A stretch of DNA of 33,687 nt from Candidatus Aenigmatarchaeota archaeon (GTDB taxonomy: Archaea; Aenigmatarchaeota; Aenigmatarchaeia; GW2011-AR5; JAGGXF01), in the NCBI GenBank assembly GCA_029932645.1, contig JAOZPR010000007.1, positions 1-33,687 of the forward strand. Reading direction: 5' to 3'. Shown one piece after another: positions 1-8,353 of the stretch. The position numbers and the translations under genes are program-made. Within the stretch, counting starts at the first letter, position 1; every line of letters begins with the position of its first letter. The notes beneath the pieces are model-generated. The model did not search any database. It had not been told where the DNA came from and saw only the letters and a program-made list of their open reading frames with translations.

Positions 1-327
1 ACTACAAAGGCATTTGGTGAAGGAACAGAACAAGAGCCAAGAATAGAAGTTAGCGGAAATGAAATCATCTATTCAAGAGCAATAAATCATCTTTGTTGCA
101 GAAAAGCTGAAATTGAAAAAGAAACTAAAGATTCAGTTATAAACATTTACGAAGTATGGAGTGGCATTGGTTGTAAATGTATATGCTTTTCTGAAATAGA
201 AGCTAAACTTCAAAATGTTCCTTTAGGCACTTATGTTGTGAATGTATATGAGAAAGGGACACAACCCGGAAACGAAGGACCAATGGAACAAAAACTAATT
301 ATTTCTCAAAATGTTGTTGTTCAATAA
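1..327 (+). CDS. 5'-truncated hypothetical protein, cysteine-rich beta-type domain (CC...CxCxC), probably extracellular
   Basis: Frame 1 is open from base 1 to TAA at 325-327 (manual translation TTKAFGEGTEQEPRIEVSGNEIIYSRAINHLCCRKAEIEKE...GIGCKCICFSEIEAKLQNVPLGTYVVNVYEKG...SQNVVVQ*). Absent from the ORF track because the start lies outside the window. Confidence 0.8.
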   Translation, partial: TTKAFGEGTEQEPRIEVSGNEIIYSRAINHLCCRKAEIEKETKDSVINIYEVWSGIGCKCICFSEIEAKLQNVPLGTYVVNVYEKGTQPGNEGPMEQKLIISQNVVVQ

Positions 328-386
328 ATGCTCTGGCTCTCAAACCCGGAATTTCTCCATTCGGAAACATTGCATTAAAATCTCGT

Positions 387-487
387 CCTCCTTTCAGTCG
401 GAGAAACTAACAGCGATTTAACGGTTTCGCTCATTTCATTCGCTTCACCCAAACTCCTCGCTAACGCTCGGAGCTTCTTTAAATCGC
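387..487 (-). repeat. Structured intergenic element: three short hairpins, two of them enclosed by a 9-bp inverted repeat (attC-like architecture)
   Basis: CCTCCTTTCAGTCGG 387-401, GCTCATTTCATTCGC 429-443, CTCCTCGCTAACGCTCGGAG 454-473. GCGATTTAA 413-421 pairs with TTAAATCGC 479-487, preceded by AACTAAC 405-411. Confidence 0.65.
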
Positions 488-518
488 ATATGTGCAATAT
501 TACTCGGCGGCGGACTTT

Positions 519-534
519 AGAAAAATATTTAAAT
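519..534 (+). promoter_or_regulatory. Archaeal BRE/TATA promoter
   Basis: AGAAAAATATTTAAAT ~22 bp upstream of ATG 556. The same 15-mer AGAAAAATATTTAAA lies upstream of mat on the minus strand. Confidence 0.6.
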
Positions 535-555
535 TAACTAATTAATTGAAACAAT

Positions 556-993
556 ATGAACAAGAAATTTTTATTATTCACAATATTGACTTTTCTTTTA
601 CTCCCTCAATTAGTTTCAGCAGATTTAATTACTCCGCTTTCTTTTATGACCATTCCTTTGATACCATTTATTGTTTTAATCGAAGCGTTCGTATTTTGGT
701 TGCTTGTGAATAAAGTCATAAAAGTTCCTATTGGTTTTTGGAAAATCATATTAGTTACTTTTGTTGCAAACATTGTAACTTCTTTATTAGGAACTTTTAT
801 CCCGCTTTATAGATATACTGCTGAAAATCTAATGTGGATTGGACTTGCTTTCATATTTTCTGTATTCATTGAGTGGGGAATTTATATTCCATTCTTCAGA
901 AAAGTCAATATAAAAATCCTTGATTTACTAAAAATTTCTTTTGTAGGAAATTTAATTACTTACGCAATACTTGCTTTCTTTCAATTAATTTAA
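556..993 (+). CDS. Hypothetical integral membrane protein (signal peptide-like N-terminus plus ~4 TM helices)
   Basis: 145 aa, MNKK + hydrophobic stretch + VSA cleavage-like motif, then several hydrophobic segments. Has its own TATA box. Confidence 0.85.
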   Translation: MNKKFLLFTILTFLLLPQLVSADLITPLSFMTIPLIPFIVLIEAFVFWLLVNKVIKVPIGFWKIILVTFVANIVTSLLGTFIPLYRYTAENLMWIGLAFIFSVFIEWGIYIPFFRKVNIKILDLLKISFVGNLITYAILAFFQLI

Positions 994-1011
994 GTCCGCC
1001 ACCTGCGTCAT

Positions 1012-1036
1012 ACTGTGCCTCCTTTCAGTCGGCAGT
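1012..1036 (-). repeat. Second copy of the CCTCCTTTCAGTCGG hairpin
   Basis: Exact 15-bp repeat at 1018-1032 of 387-401, closed by a different stem (ACTG...CAGT), just downstream of a stop codon. Confidence 0.7.
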
Positions 1037-1178
1037 TTTTCATATTCGTGTATGTAAAACAAAAGCAAAAAGAGATGCCAAATAATCTTCTGAGTACTAA
1101 AGATACAAAGAACAGGTACCTTTATTTATTTAATCATCGGTGGTCTCCTACATGAAGCAGCAGACAGAAAACAGAAAG

Positions 1179-1616
1179 TCACGCAGGCCCAATTTCTTTT
1201 ATTTTGTCTTTGTCTATGAACAGATGTTTTGTTTTGTCTGACAAATCATCGAGATAAAGAAAGGTCGAGCCGACTGTTCTAAGCCTTCCCCTTATGGTCT
1301 CTCCATCTGTTGTTCTTATTACAACCTCTTTTCCCGTCAAGTTTGCTGTTGAATCTGCATCTTCTTTCTGCTCTTTCTGCGGTTTTTCTATTATCTTTTT
1401 GTTTGTCTCGCCAGGCAGTATATGCTTGATAAGGTTACCTTGACCAGACAAGACATAGCCGGTTATCGCACCTGTGGCGGGTATGGCGTAATAGAGAAAT
1501 AAAGAAGTGAACTTAGTAAGACCAACCGACAGAAAAATAGGTATGAGCAAAGACAATATGGCAATACCAACAAAGGTGCCGATTAAGACTTCATCTTTTA
1601 TCTTTATATTGGGCAT
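1179..1616 (-). CDS. Hypothetical membrane protein with C-terminal Sm/LSm-like beta domain
   Basis: Two N-terminal hydrophobic helices, a charged linker, then LTGKEVVIRTTDGETIRGRLRTVGSTFLYLDD (Sm1-like pattern). Start overlaps the mat stop (TAATG). Confidence 0.7.
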   Translation of the reverse strand: MPNIKIKDEVLIGTFVGIAILSLLIPIFLSVGLTKFTSLFLYYAIPATGAITGYVLSGQGNLIKHILPGETNKKIIEKPQKEQKEDADSTANLTGKEVVIRTTDGETIRGRLRTVGSTFLYLDDLSDKTKHLFIDKDKIKEIGPA

Positions 1617-2794
1617 TAAAATACATGGAGCTCATTTTTTAAAAGTCTTTCTCTTATCTTGTTTATGTTCATAAACTGCTCCTGTGTGATAGACTCAACT
1701 GAAGATGCGTCAACATTACCATTAATAATTTCAACACCAGCAACCAATGGCTCTGTTATAGGCTTGCCAATTTGCGAGAGAAGCTTCACATAAATCTCTG
1801 CACCCGTCTCTTCATGTATCTTCTCAGCTATTTCCTTGGCAAGAAGGTTGTATATTTTTCCTATATGATTAACAGGGTTCTTTCCGGCAGCTGCCTCCAG
1901 ACTCATCTCTCTGTTTGGTGTTATCAGTCCATTAACGCGGTTGCCACGACCAACAGAACCAGAATCACCTGCCTCTGCGCTTGTGCCGGTAAGTGTGAGA
2001 TAGGCAATCTTCTTTTTTTCGTCGTCATTTGTATTTAGATAAATTTTTGTTTCACGACTAACTCTCTTGCTGGCGACAAAATCTTTTATCTTATCAATTA
2101 TTTCACTCTTCTTAGATATATAGTAACTCCAGTTTGGAACCTTTTTTGCTATGAAGGGCGCGGCAATTGTCAAAGATATTTTGCTGTTGGACCTCAGTCC
2201 CATAACCTTAATATCCTCGCCAAGCTCTGGGAATTCTGTTTTCGTTTTCTTTGAGTTCAAGAATCTTTCCATATTCAAGACTAGATTCTCTAGTTCTGAT
2301 AGAGGAGCAAAACCGACGCCGAAAGATGTATCATTAGCGAGAATCACCTTTTCTTTGGTCTCGAAAATGTGCGATATGCTTAAAGCACCAGGACTTACTC
2401 TTGAATCTATAGTAACGTCTGTGTCAACATCAAGATGAGGCATGTTGCTCTTGAGGTATTGCTCAGCAGCACGCACTGCAATTTCATTTGTGGCTATCTC
2501 CTCATCACCAACCCGGTCTGTTGCCTGACCAGCAATAAGAATGAATATCGGTCTTAATATCTGTCCGCCACCAAAGGTCACCTCAGAACCGCCTGATATA
2601 ACCTCACACTGATCTGTGTTGTGGTGGAGTATCCTGCCAAATCTCTTTATGTATTCTATAGAAAGGGCTCTTGATACAGACTCTGCTATACCATCCGCCA
2701 GTGAGTCAGGATGGCCTACCCCCTTACGTTCAACTATTTCCACCCGTTGCTGCTCTATTGGTCTTTTCTGCACTTTCTCAACAACTATGTTCAT
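1616..2794 (-). CDS. mat: S-adenosylmethionine synthetase, archaeal type
   Basis: Motifs [76 protein letters not shown]. Confidence 0.97.
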   Translation of the reverse strand: MNIVVEKVQKRPIEQQRVEIVERKGVGHPDSLADGIAESVSRALSIEYIKRFGRILHHNTDQCEVISGGSEVTFGGGQILRPIFILIAGQATDRVGDEEIATNEIAVRAAEQYLKSNMPHLDVDTDVTIDSRVSPGALSISHIFETKEKVILANDTSFGVGFAPLSELENLVLNMERFLNSKKTKTEFPELGEDIKVMGLRSNSKISLTIAAPFIAKKVPNWSYYISKKSEIIDKIKDFVASKRVSRETKIYLNTNDDEKKKIAYLTLTGTSAEAGDSGSVGRGNRVNGLITPNREMSLEAAAGKNPVNHIGKIYNLLAKEIAEKIHEETGAEIYVKLLSQIGKPITEPLVAGVEIINGNVDASSVESITQEQFMNINKIRERLLKNELHVF

Positions 2795-2853
2795 AACTGT
2801 TGCCCCCTTTCATCTTGTTATACTTTTTATACTTTTCTAATAGCAGATGCAAG

Positions 2854-2868
2854 TTTAAATATTTTTCT
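2854..2868 (-). promoter_or_regulatory. BRE/TATA promoter of mat
   Basis: Minus strand reads AGAAAAATATTTAAA ~60 bp upstream of the mat ATG, with a GGGGG SD-like run before the start. Confidence 0.55.
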
Positions 2869-2875
2869 ATTAAAA

Positions 2876-2966
2876 ATATGCATATAAGCATACAACTATA
2901 TATGGAGAGCATAAGAACTTGTATGGCGAATGTTGCATGATGAATATTGCAATAAATATTGTAATA
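2876..2966. promoter_or_regulatory. Candidate operator palindromes between mat and the HTH-CBS regulator
   Basis: ATATGCATAT 2876-2885; TATTGCAATA 2945-2954, part of a 12-bp tandem AATATTGCAATA/AATATTGTAATA at 2943-2966. Confidence 0.4.
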
Positions 2967-2989
2967 AAAAAGATAAAATGTGATGAAAG

Positions 2990-3556
2990 ATGATAAATTT
3001 TTTATCAGAACCAAGAGAAATAAAGAAAATAAGAAAAAGGCTCGGTCTGACACAAGCAAAACTGGCTCAGTTATCCGGTGTTGACCAGTCCCTAATCGCA
3101 AGAATAGAAGCTGGAGCAGACCCACGATATTCAACAGTAAAAAAAATCTTCAAAGCACTTGAAGGGCGTGTCCAGAAAAAAGAAATAGAGATAGAAAAAA
3201 TAATGAACAAAAAGATAATATTTATCAATGCTGATGATAAAATAAAAAAAGCCGTCAAAATCATGGAAGAAAAAGCGATTTCCCAGCTCCCTGTCATAGA
3301 TAATGGTGTTTTGGTCGGTTCAATAAGAGAAAGAAATATATCAGAAACTTTGCACAGGGGTGGCTTTGACAAAGAAAAAATCAGTGACATGAAAGTAAGA
3401 AACTTCATGGAGCAGTGTTTTCCAGAAATTTCAAAAGACAGCACACTTGATAATATTATTGAGCTTTTAAAATACGATCAAGCTGTACTGATAAAGAACA
3501 AGGGTAAAATCATCGGGATGATAACCAAATCTGACCTGATGAAACTTATTGAATGA
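2990..3556 (+). CDS. XRE-type HTH transcriptional regulator with C-terminal CBS pair (COG3620-like)
   Basis: IKKIRKRLGLTQAKLAQLSGVDQSLIARIEAGADPRYSTVKKI (HTH), then CBS motifs ISQLPVID..LVGSI and IIGMITKSDL. Confidence 0.92.
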   Translation: MINFLSEPREIKKIRKRLGLTQAKLAQLSGVDQSLIARIEAGADPRYSTVKKIFKALEGRVQKKEIEIEKIMNKKIIFINADDKIKKAVKIMEEKAISQLPVIDNGVLVGSIRERNISETLHRGGFDKEKISDMKVRNFMEQCFPEISKDSTLDNIIELLKYDQAVLIKNKGKIIGMITKSDLMKLIE

Positions 3557-3616
3557 AATTTGAATAAAATTGCTTAGATAAAGTAAAAACTTAAAACTAG
3601 TTCTCATAATAAAGTT

Positions 3617-4315
3617 ATGTTCGTTCGCAATCAGCCAGCAATGAAGATTGGTTCTAGCCTTGTGATAGCTGACCTACATCTAGGTATAGAAGACGAACTC
3701 AACAGGAATGGCGTAAATATCGCAGACCAGACATCGGTGTTGCTAAAAAATATTTTATCTCTCGTGAAAAAAACCAGAGCAAAAGAAATTATACTATTGG
3801 GTGATATAAAAAATTCTATTTATATAAAAAAGGAGGACAGATTTAAAATACCTTTCTTTCTTAATAAACTGGGGGATAGAATAAAGGTACTTCTAATAAA
3901 AGGAAATCATGATGGCAGAATTGAAAAGCTTGCTGGCAAAAATATTGAAGTTTGCTCCTTTGTGAAAAGAGGTTGTTATTTGCTAACACATGGCCATAAA
4001 AAAATTCCAAAAAAATTGCTTAAAGACAGTAAAACCAAGAGTATCATAATAGGGCACAACCATTCTGGCATAAGGTTTAGAGACAGATTTGGTGTTACAA
4101 GCACCGAGCCGTGTTGGGTAATCGGCACAACCAAAACAAAAGCAAAAAAACAAGTGATACTAATGCCTGCCTTTAATCCACTGGTCGGCGCAATAGCTAT
4201 TAACAAGGACGGTGTTTTAGGTCCTGTTGCAAAATCTATGCGGCTTGACAACGCAAAGATATATCTCTTGGACGGTACATACCTTGGTCATCTAAAGGAT
4301 GTTAGAATCAAATAA
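3617..4315 (+). CDS. Metallophosphoesterase (calcineurin-like, Lhr-associated, COG1407-like)
   Basis: IADLHLG, LLGD, KGNHD, THGH, GHNH and MPAFNPL motifs. Lies directly upstream of lhr. Confidence 0.92.
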   Translation: MFVRNQPAMKIGSSLVIADLHLGIEDELNRNGVNIADQTSVLLKNILSLVKKTRAKEIILLGDIKNSIYIKKEDRFKIPFFLNKLGDRIKVLLIKGNHDGRIEKLAGKNIEVCSFVKRGCYLLTHGHKKIPKKLLKDSKTKSIIIGHNHSGIRFRDRFGVTSTEPCWVIGTTKTKAKKQVILMPAFNPLVGAIAINKDGVLGPVAKSMRLDNAKIYLLDGTYLGHLKDVRIK

Positions 4316-4357
4316 ATGAAATAGAAATATTGAAACGTTTGATAGGGCTGTAATAAA

Positions 4358-7210
4358 ATGGTATTTAAAAAACTTTCAAAAGGCATACAAGAGCTTATAG
4401 AAAAGAGGGGCTTTATTGAACCTACGCTAACCCAAGAACTGGGCATACCAGAAATTCTTGAGGGGAAGAATGTATTGATTATAGCGCCCACGAGTTCTGG
4501 AAAAACAGAGTCAGCAATGCTGCCCGTATTGGAAATGGTCTATGAAGGTAAAATGAAACCCATATCAGTGCTCTATATAACTCCGCTGCGTTCTCTGAAT
4601 AGAGATATGCTAAAACGGCTGTTCTGGTGGTCTGATAAACTCGGTTTGGAAATCACTGTCCGGCATGGGGATACGACTCAGCAGGAAAGGGCATTTCAGA
4701 GAGAAACCCCTGCTGATGTTTTCATCACAACGCCCGAAACACTTGGAGCAATTTTACCAGGGAAAAAAATGAGGGAACATCTCAGGAATGTTAGGTTCGT
4801 GGTCATTGATGAGATACATGAAATCTGCGAGAGTAAGCGCGGTGCGCAGCTATCGGTGCTGCTTGAAAGGCTTAGAAAAATAGCTGGTGATTTCCAGAGG
4901 ATTGGGTTATCAGCGACCGTCGGCTCACCAAAAAAGGTTGCGAATTTCTTGGGTGAAAATGTTAAAATCATCAGAGCGGGCAGCGAAAAAAAAATTAGAA
5001 TAAATGTAGAACTTCCTGAAAAAATCAAAAAAGATGTGACTATAGCAGACGCTCTCCTGGTAACAGACTCGGCTGCATCAAGACTTAGAAGAATTGATGA
5101 GATTATCAATGAACAAAGGTCATCTCTGGTCTTTACGAACACAAGGCAGACCGCAGAACTGCTTTCGTCACGAATGAGACAACTCAACAAAGACTTTTTG
5201 CAGGATGTGCACCACTCATCTATATCGAAAAAGGCAAGAATTAAAATGGAGCAAGATTTCAAAGAGGGAACACTGAAAACATTAATTTGTACCTCATCTC
5301 TTGAATTAGGAATAGACATAGGCACCATCGATATAATTATACAGTATCTGTCGCCGAGACAGGTTACAAAAATAACGCAAAGGGTTGGAAGAGCTGGTCA
5401 TACAATAAAAGAAGAGTCGCGGGGTATTGTCCTTACTGACCGTGGTGACGATGTTTTTGAATCAAGTGTTATAGCAAAACGTGCTTTAGAAAAAAAACTG
5501 GAAAAGATTAAATTACACGAAATGGCTAGCGATGTTCTCGCCTCTCAGGTTGTAGGCATGGCTCTGGAAGAATATGGGATAGATAGTAAAACCGTGTTCT
5601 CCGTAATAAAGAGAGCATACCCATTCAGAAAGATGAAAGAAAAGGAATTCTTAAACTTTTTGAAATTTCTGGCAAGTTTGCATCTTTTGTGGCTGAGCCC
5701 GACAAAACACGATAAGAGTGATGAACCGACAAACTATGAACTAAGAAGGTCGAAACGTTCATGGCAGTATTATTACGAAAATCTTTCAACCATACCAGAT
5801 GTTCATCGGTACAAGGTAATAAGTATGGTTGAACGTGAGCCTATTGGATATCTGGATGAAGAATTTGTTGCTGAATACGGTATGCCAGGAAACAGCTTTG
5901 TCTTTCGGGGACGCTTGTGGAAGATAGTAAGTGTAGATGAAGATAAAATAATGGTTGAACCGTCTGAAGATCTGCAGTCAGCAGTTCCGGCCTGGGAAGG
6001 CGAACTCATTCCTGTTCCTCTGGAGGTAGCTGAAGAGGTTGGCTGGTTAAGGTCTAAAATATCAAAGATGTTAGAAAACAAGAAAAACGTCAAAGAGATA
6101 GTCGAGGAAATTAAAAAATATTATCCTATAAACAACAATGGCGCAGAAGAGATGGTCAGACTCATTAAGAGACAGAAAAAGTTTTTTGTCCCTGACTTTA
6201 ATAACTGGCTTCTGGAGCAGTATCAGGATTTTTTGATTCTACACACGTGTGCTGGTTCCATGGTTAATGACACGCTCGGAAGATATCTGTCGTCCATAGT
6301 ATCTGCAGAAACCGGAACCTCTGTCCAGCTGAAGACAGACCCGTATAGAATAATATTAAGAAGCTTCGCAAAGCCGGAGCAGATAATAAAGATTTTAAGA
6401 GACGCTAACAGTAAAAACGATTTAGATGTTGTACTGATGAAAAATCTTGAGCGTTCGACACTGTTTAAATGGCGATTTATTCACGTCGCAAAAAGAATTG
6501 GAATACTGTCGAGACATACAAAATTTCAGAATTTCAATCTATCTAAACTTATCTCGGTATATTACGGTTCTCCTGCCTATGAGGAAACACTGAGAGAAAT
6601 ATTCCAGGAAAAGATGGACTTGAAAAACACTAAAAAAATTTTTGAACTGATTGGGAAAAAAGAAATAAAAATTGCCCTTCTCAAGAAGCTAACACCGCTT
6701 GGTGAGATAGGACTGCTCTACCAGTTCTCAGAGGTTATGAAACCTAAACTTCCGAAGCATGAAATATTTCGCGCCTTTAAAAGGCGTCTCTTACAGACCA
6801 GAGTTCAGTTGTTATGCACGCACTGCGCAGATTATTCTGTTATAAAACGCGTTAAAAGCATTGATGAACAACCAACATGCCCGAAGTGCCATTCTGGGCT
6901 AATTGCTGTTGTCAGCAGATTCCGGAGAAATCCACTAAAGTTGCTGAAAAAAGAGCGTCTATCAAAAACAGACAAAAAAATCAAGCTTACAAAAGAGGAA
7001 AAGAAAGAACTCGAAGCTATTAAAAGAAGCGCTAGTCTCACAATAACATATGGTAGGCGGTTTGCATTTGTTCAGGCTGCCAGAGGGGTCGGACCAGAAA
7101 TAGGCGCCCGCATACTTGCAAAGCTACCTAAAGATGAGGAACATCTCCTTAAATATATCTTCGAAGCTGAGCACCAGTATCAAAAAAATAAAAAATATTG
7201 GAAAGAATAA
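4358..7210 (+). CDS. lhr: Lhr-family SF2 DEAD/DEAH helicase with C-terminal Zn finger (archaeal aLhr1-like)
   Basis: APTSSGKT, YITPLRSLNRD, TTPE, DEIH, LSAT, HHSS, TSSLELGIDIG, QRVGRAGH, PAWEGE, and CTHC...CPKC near the C-terminus. 950 aa. Confidence 0.95.
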   Translation: MVFKKLSKGIQELIEKRGFIEPTLTQELGIPEILEGKNVLIIAPTSSGKTESAMLPVLEMVYEGKMKPISVLYITPLRSLNRDMLKRLFWWSDKLGLEITVRHGDTTQQERAFQRETPADVFITTPETLGAILPGKKMREHLRNVRFVVIDEIHEICESKRGAQLSVLLERLRKIAGDFQRIGLSATVGSPKKVANFLGENVKIIRAGSEKKIRINVELPEKIKKDVTIADALLVTDSAASRLRRIDEIINEQRSSLVFTNTRQTAELLSSRMRQLNKDFLQDVHHSSISKKARIKMEQDFKEGTLKTLICTSSLELGIDIGTIDIIIQYLSPRQVTKITQRVGRAGHTIKEESRGIVLTDRGDDVFESSVIAKRALEKKLEKIKLHEMASDVLASQVVGMALEEYGIDSKTVFSVIKRAYPFRKMKEKEFLNFLKFLASLHLLWLSPTKHDKSDEPTNYELRRSKRSWQYYYENLSTIPDVHRYKVISMVEREPIGYLDEEFVAEYGMPGNSFVFRGRLWKIVSVDEDKIMVEPSEDLQSAVPAWEGELIPVPLEVAEEVGWLRSKISKMLENKKNVKEIVEEIKKYYPINNNGAEEMVRLIKRQKKFFVPDFNNWLLEQYQDFLILHTCAGSMVNDTLGRYLSSIVSAETGTSVQLKTDPYRIILRSFAKPEQIIKILRDANSKNDLDVVLMKNLERSTLFKWRFIHVAKRIGILSRHTKFQNFNLSKLISVYYGSPAYEETLREIFQEKMDLKNTKKIFELIGKKEIKIALLKKLTPLGEIGLLYQFSEVMKPKLPKHEIFRAFKRRLLQTRVQLLCTHCADYSVIKRVKSIDEQPTCPKCHSGLIAVVSRFRRNPLKLLKKERLSKTDKKIKLTKEEKKELEAIKRSASLTITYGRRFAFVQAARGVGPEIGARILAKLPKDEEHLLKYIFEAEHQYQKNKKYWKE

Positions 7211-7293
7211 GCAGACCGAATATTGGATAGCTCATCCGTAAACCATCCATGACATATGATTAACTATTAAAGTTTTTTCTACCGCTTATACTC

Positions 7294-8193
7294 ATGGACC
7301 AAGAAATAAAAGATAAATATATCAGAGCTGGTAAGATAGCCGGAGAAGTAAGAGATTACGCCAAAAAAATAACCAAGCCCGGTAAAAAAATTCTTGATAT
7401 CGCAGAAGCAGTTGAAGCACTTATCAAGGCCAAGGGGGCTGAAATAGCTTTTCCTATCAATATTTCTATCAACGATATTGCTGCGCACGACACTGCTGAC
7501 AGAGACGATGAGAGAATTATTAGTGAAAATGATGTCGTAAAGTTAGATGTCGGCACACACATTGACGGATATATAGGTGACACCGCATGCACAGTTGCTT
7601 GGTTGCCAGAACATCAGGAACTTATAAAAGCAACTGAGCGGGCACTGGAAGAGGCGATAAAACTTTGTACACCAGGGACAAACCTTGGTGATATCTCAGC
7701 AATTATAGAGAAGACAATAACAGATTTGGGATTCAAACCCATAGCCAATCTCACAGGACATGGACTTGGAAAATACAATCTACATGCCGAGCCGACGATA
7801 CCAAATGTTGGCTTCAAAACAAGCTACACACTTCAAGAAGAGCAACCTATAGCAATAGAACCGTTCGCAACAATAAAAGATGGTGCTGGTCTGATAAAAG
7901 AATCGACAGAAAAAAAAATCTTTATGTTGATTAATCCAAAACCTGTTAGAAACCAGAATGCACGCCAAATAATAAAAATCGCTGAAAAGCGCAACGGACT
8001 CCCTTTTCCGCTTCGTTGGGTACCTGCTTCTGGAGTTGGTCTTAGAATCGGACTGAAAGAATTGATGGACAAGAATATTTTATATGATTATCCGGTTCTT
8101 AAAGAAGTCAACACGACACCCATTGCACAATCAGAACAGACTATAATCGTAGGTGAAAAACCTATGGTAACAACAAAAACAGATAATTTCTGA
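7294..8193 (+). CDS. map: Methionine aminopeptidase type II
   Basis: AFPINIS..AAHDT, KLDVGTHIDGYIGDTA, NLTGHG, AIEPFAT, AQSEQT, with the type II helical insert. Confidence 0.96.
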   Translation: MDQEIKDKYIRAGKIAGEVRDYAKKITKPGKKILDIAEAVEALIKAKGAEIAFPINISINDIAAHDTADRDDERIISENDVVKLDVGTHIDGYIGDTACTVAWLPEHQELIKATERALEEAIKLCTPGTNLGDISAIIEKTITDLGFKPIANLTGHGLGKYNLHAEPTIPNVGFKTSYTLQEEQPIAIEPFATIKDGAGLIKESTEKKIFMLINPKPVRNQNARQIIKIAEKRNGLPFPLRWVPASGVGLRIGLKELMDKNILYDYPVLKEVNTTPIAQSEQTIIVGEKPMVTTKTDNF

Positions 8194-8353
8194 TTCTGAC
8201 CGAAAGAAAAACTATAAATATTTTTTATTTTTGTTACACTGCCTCTTCTTTACAGATAATTATTTAATGCTTAGAACGAATTATTTAATTAACTTGTAAT
8301 TAACTAGTATTTATTATTGCGCCAAGTTGTTGGATGAGAAAGAGGGGCTTGAG

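Larger units (their letters stand above)
506..1003. repeat. Inverted repeat pair bracketing the 556-993 gene and its promoter
   Basis: GGCGGCGGACTT (506-517) vs AAGTCCGCCACC (992-1003): 11/12 reverse-complement match, GC-rich within AT-rich DNA. Weaker pairing extends ~10 bp outward. Confidence 0.6.

Noticed and set aside
387..1032. CRISPR array from the repeated 15-mer
   Set aside because: Only two exact copies, 631 bp apart with a gene between them. No regular repeat-spacer period and no cas operon.
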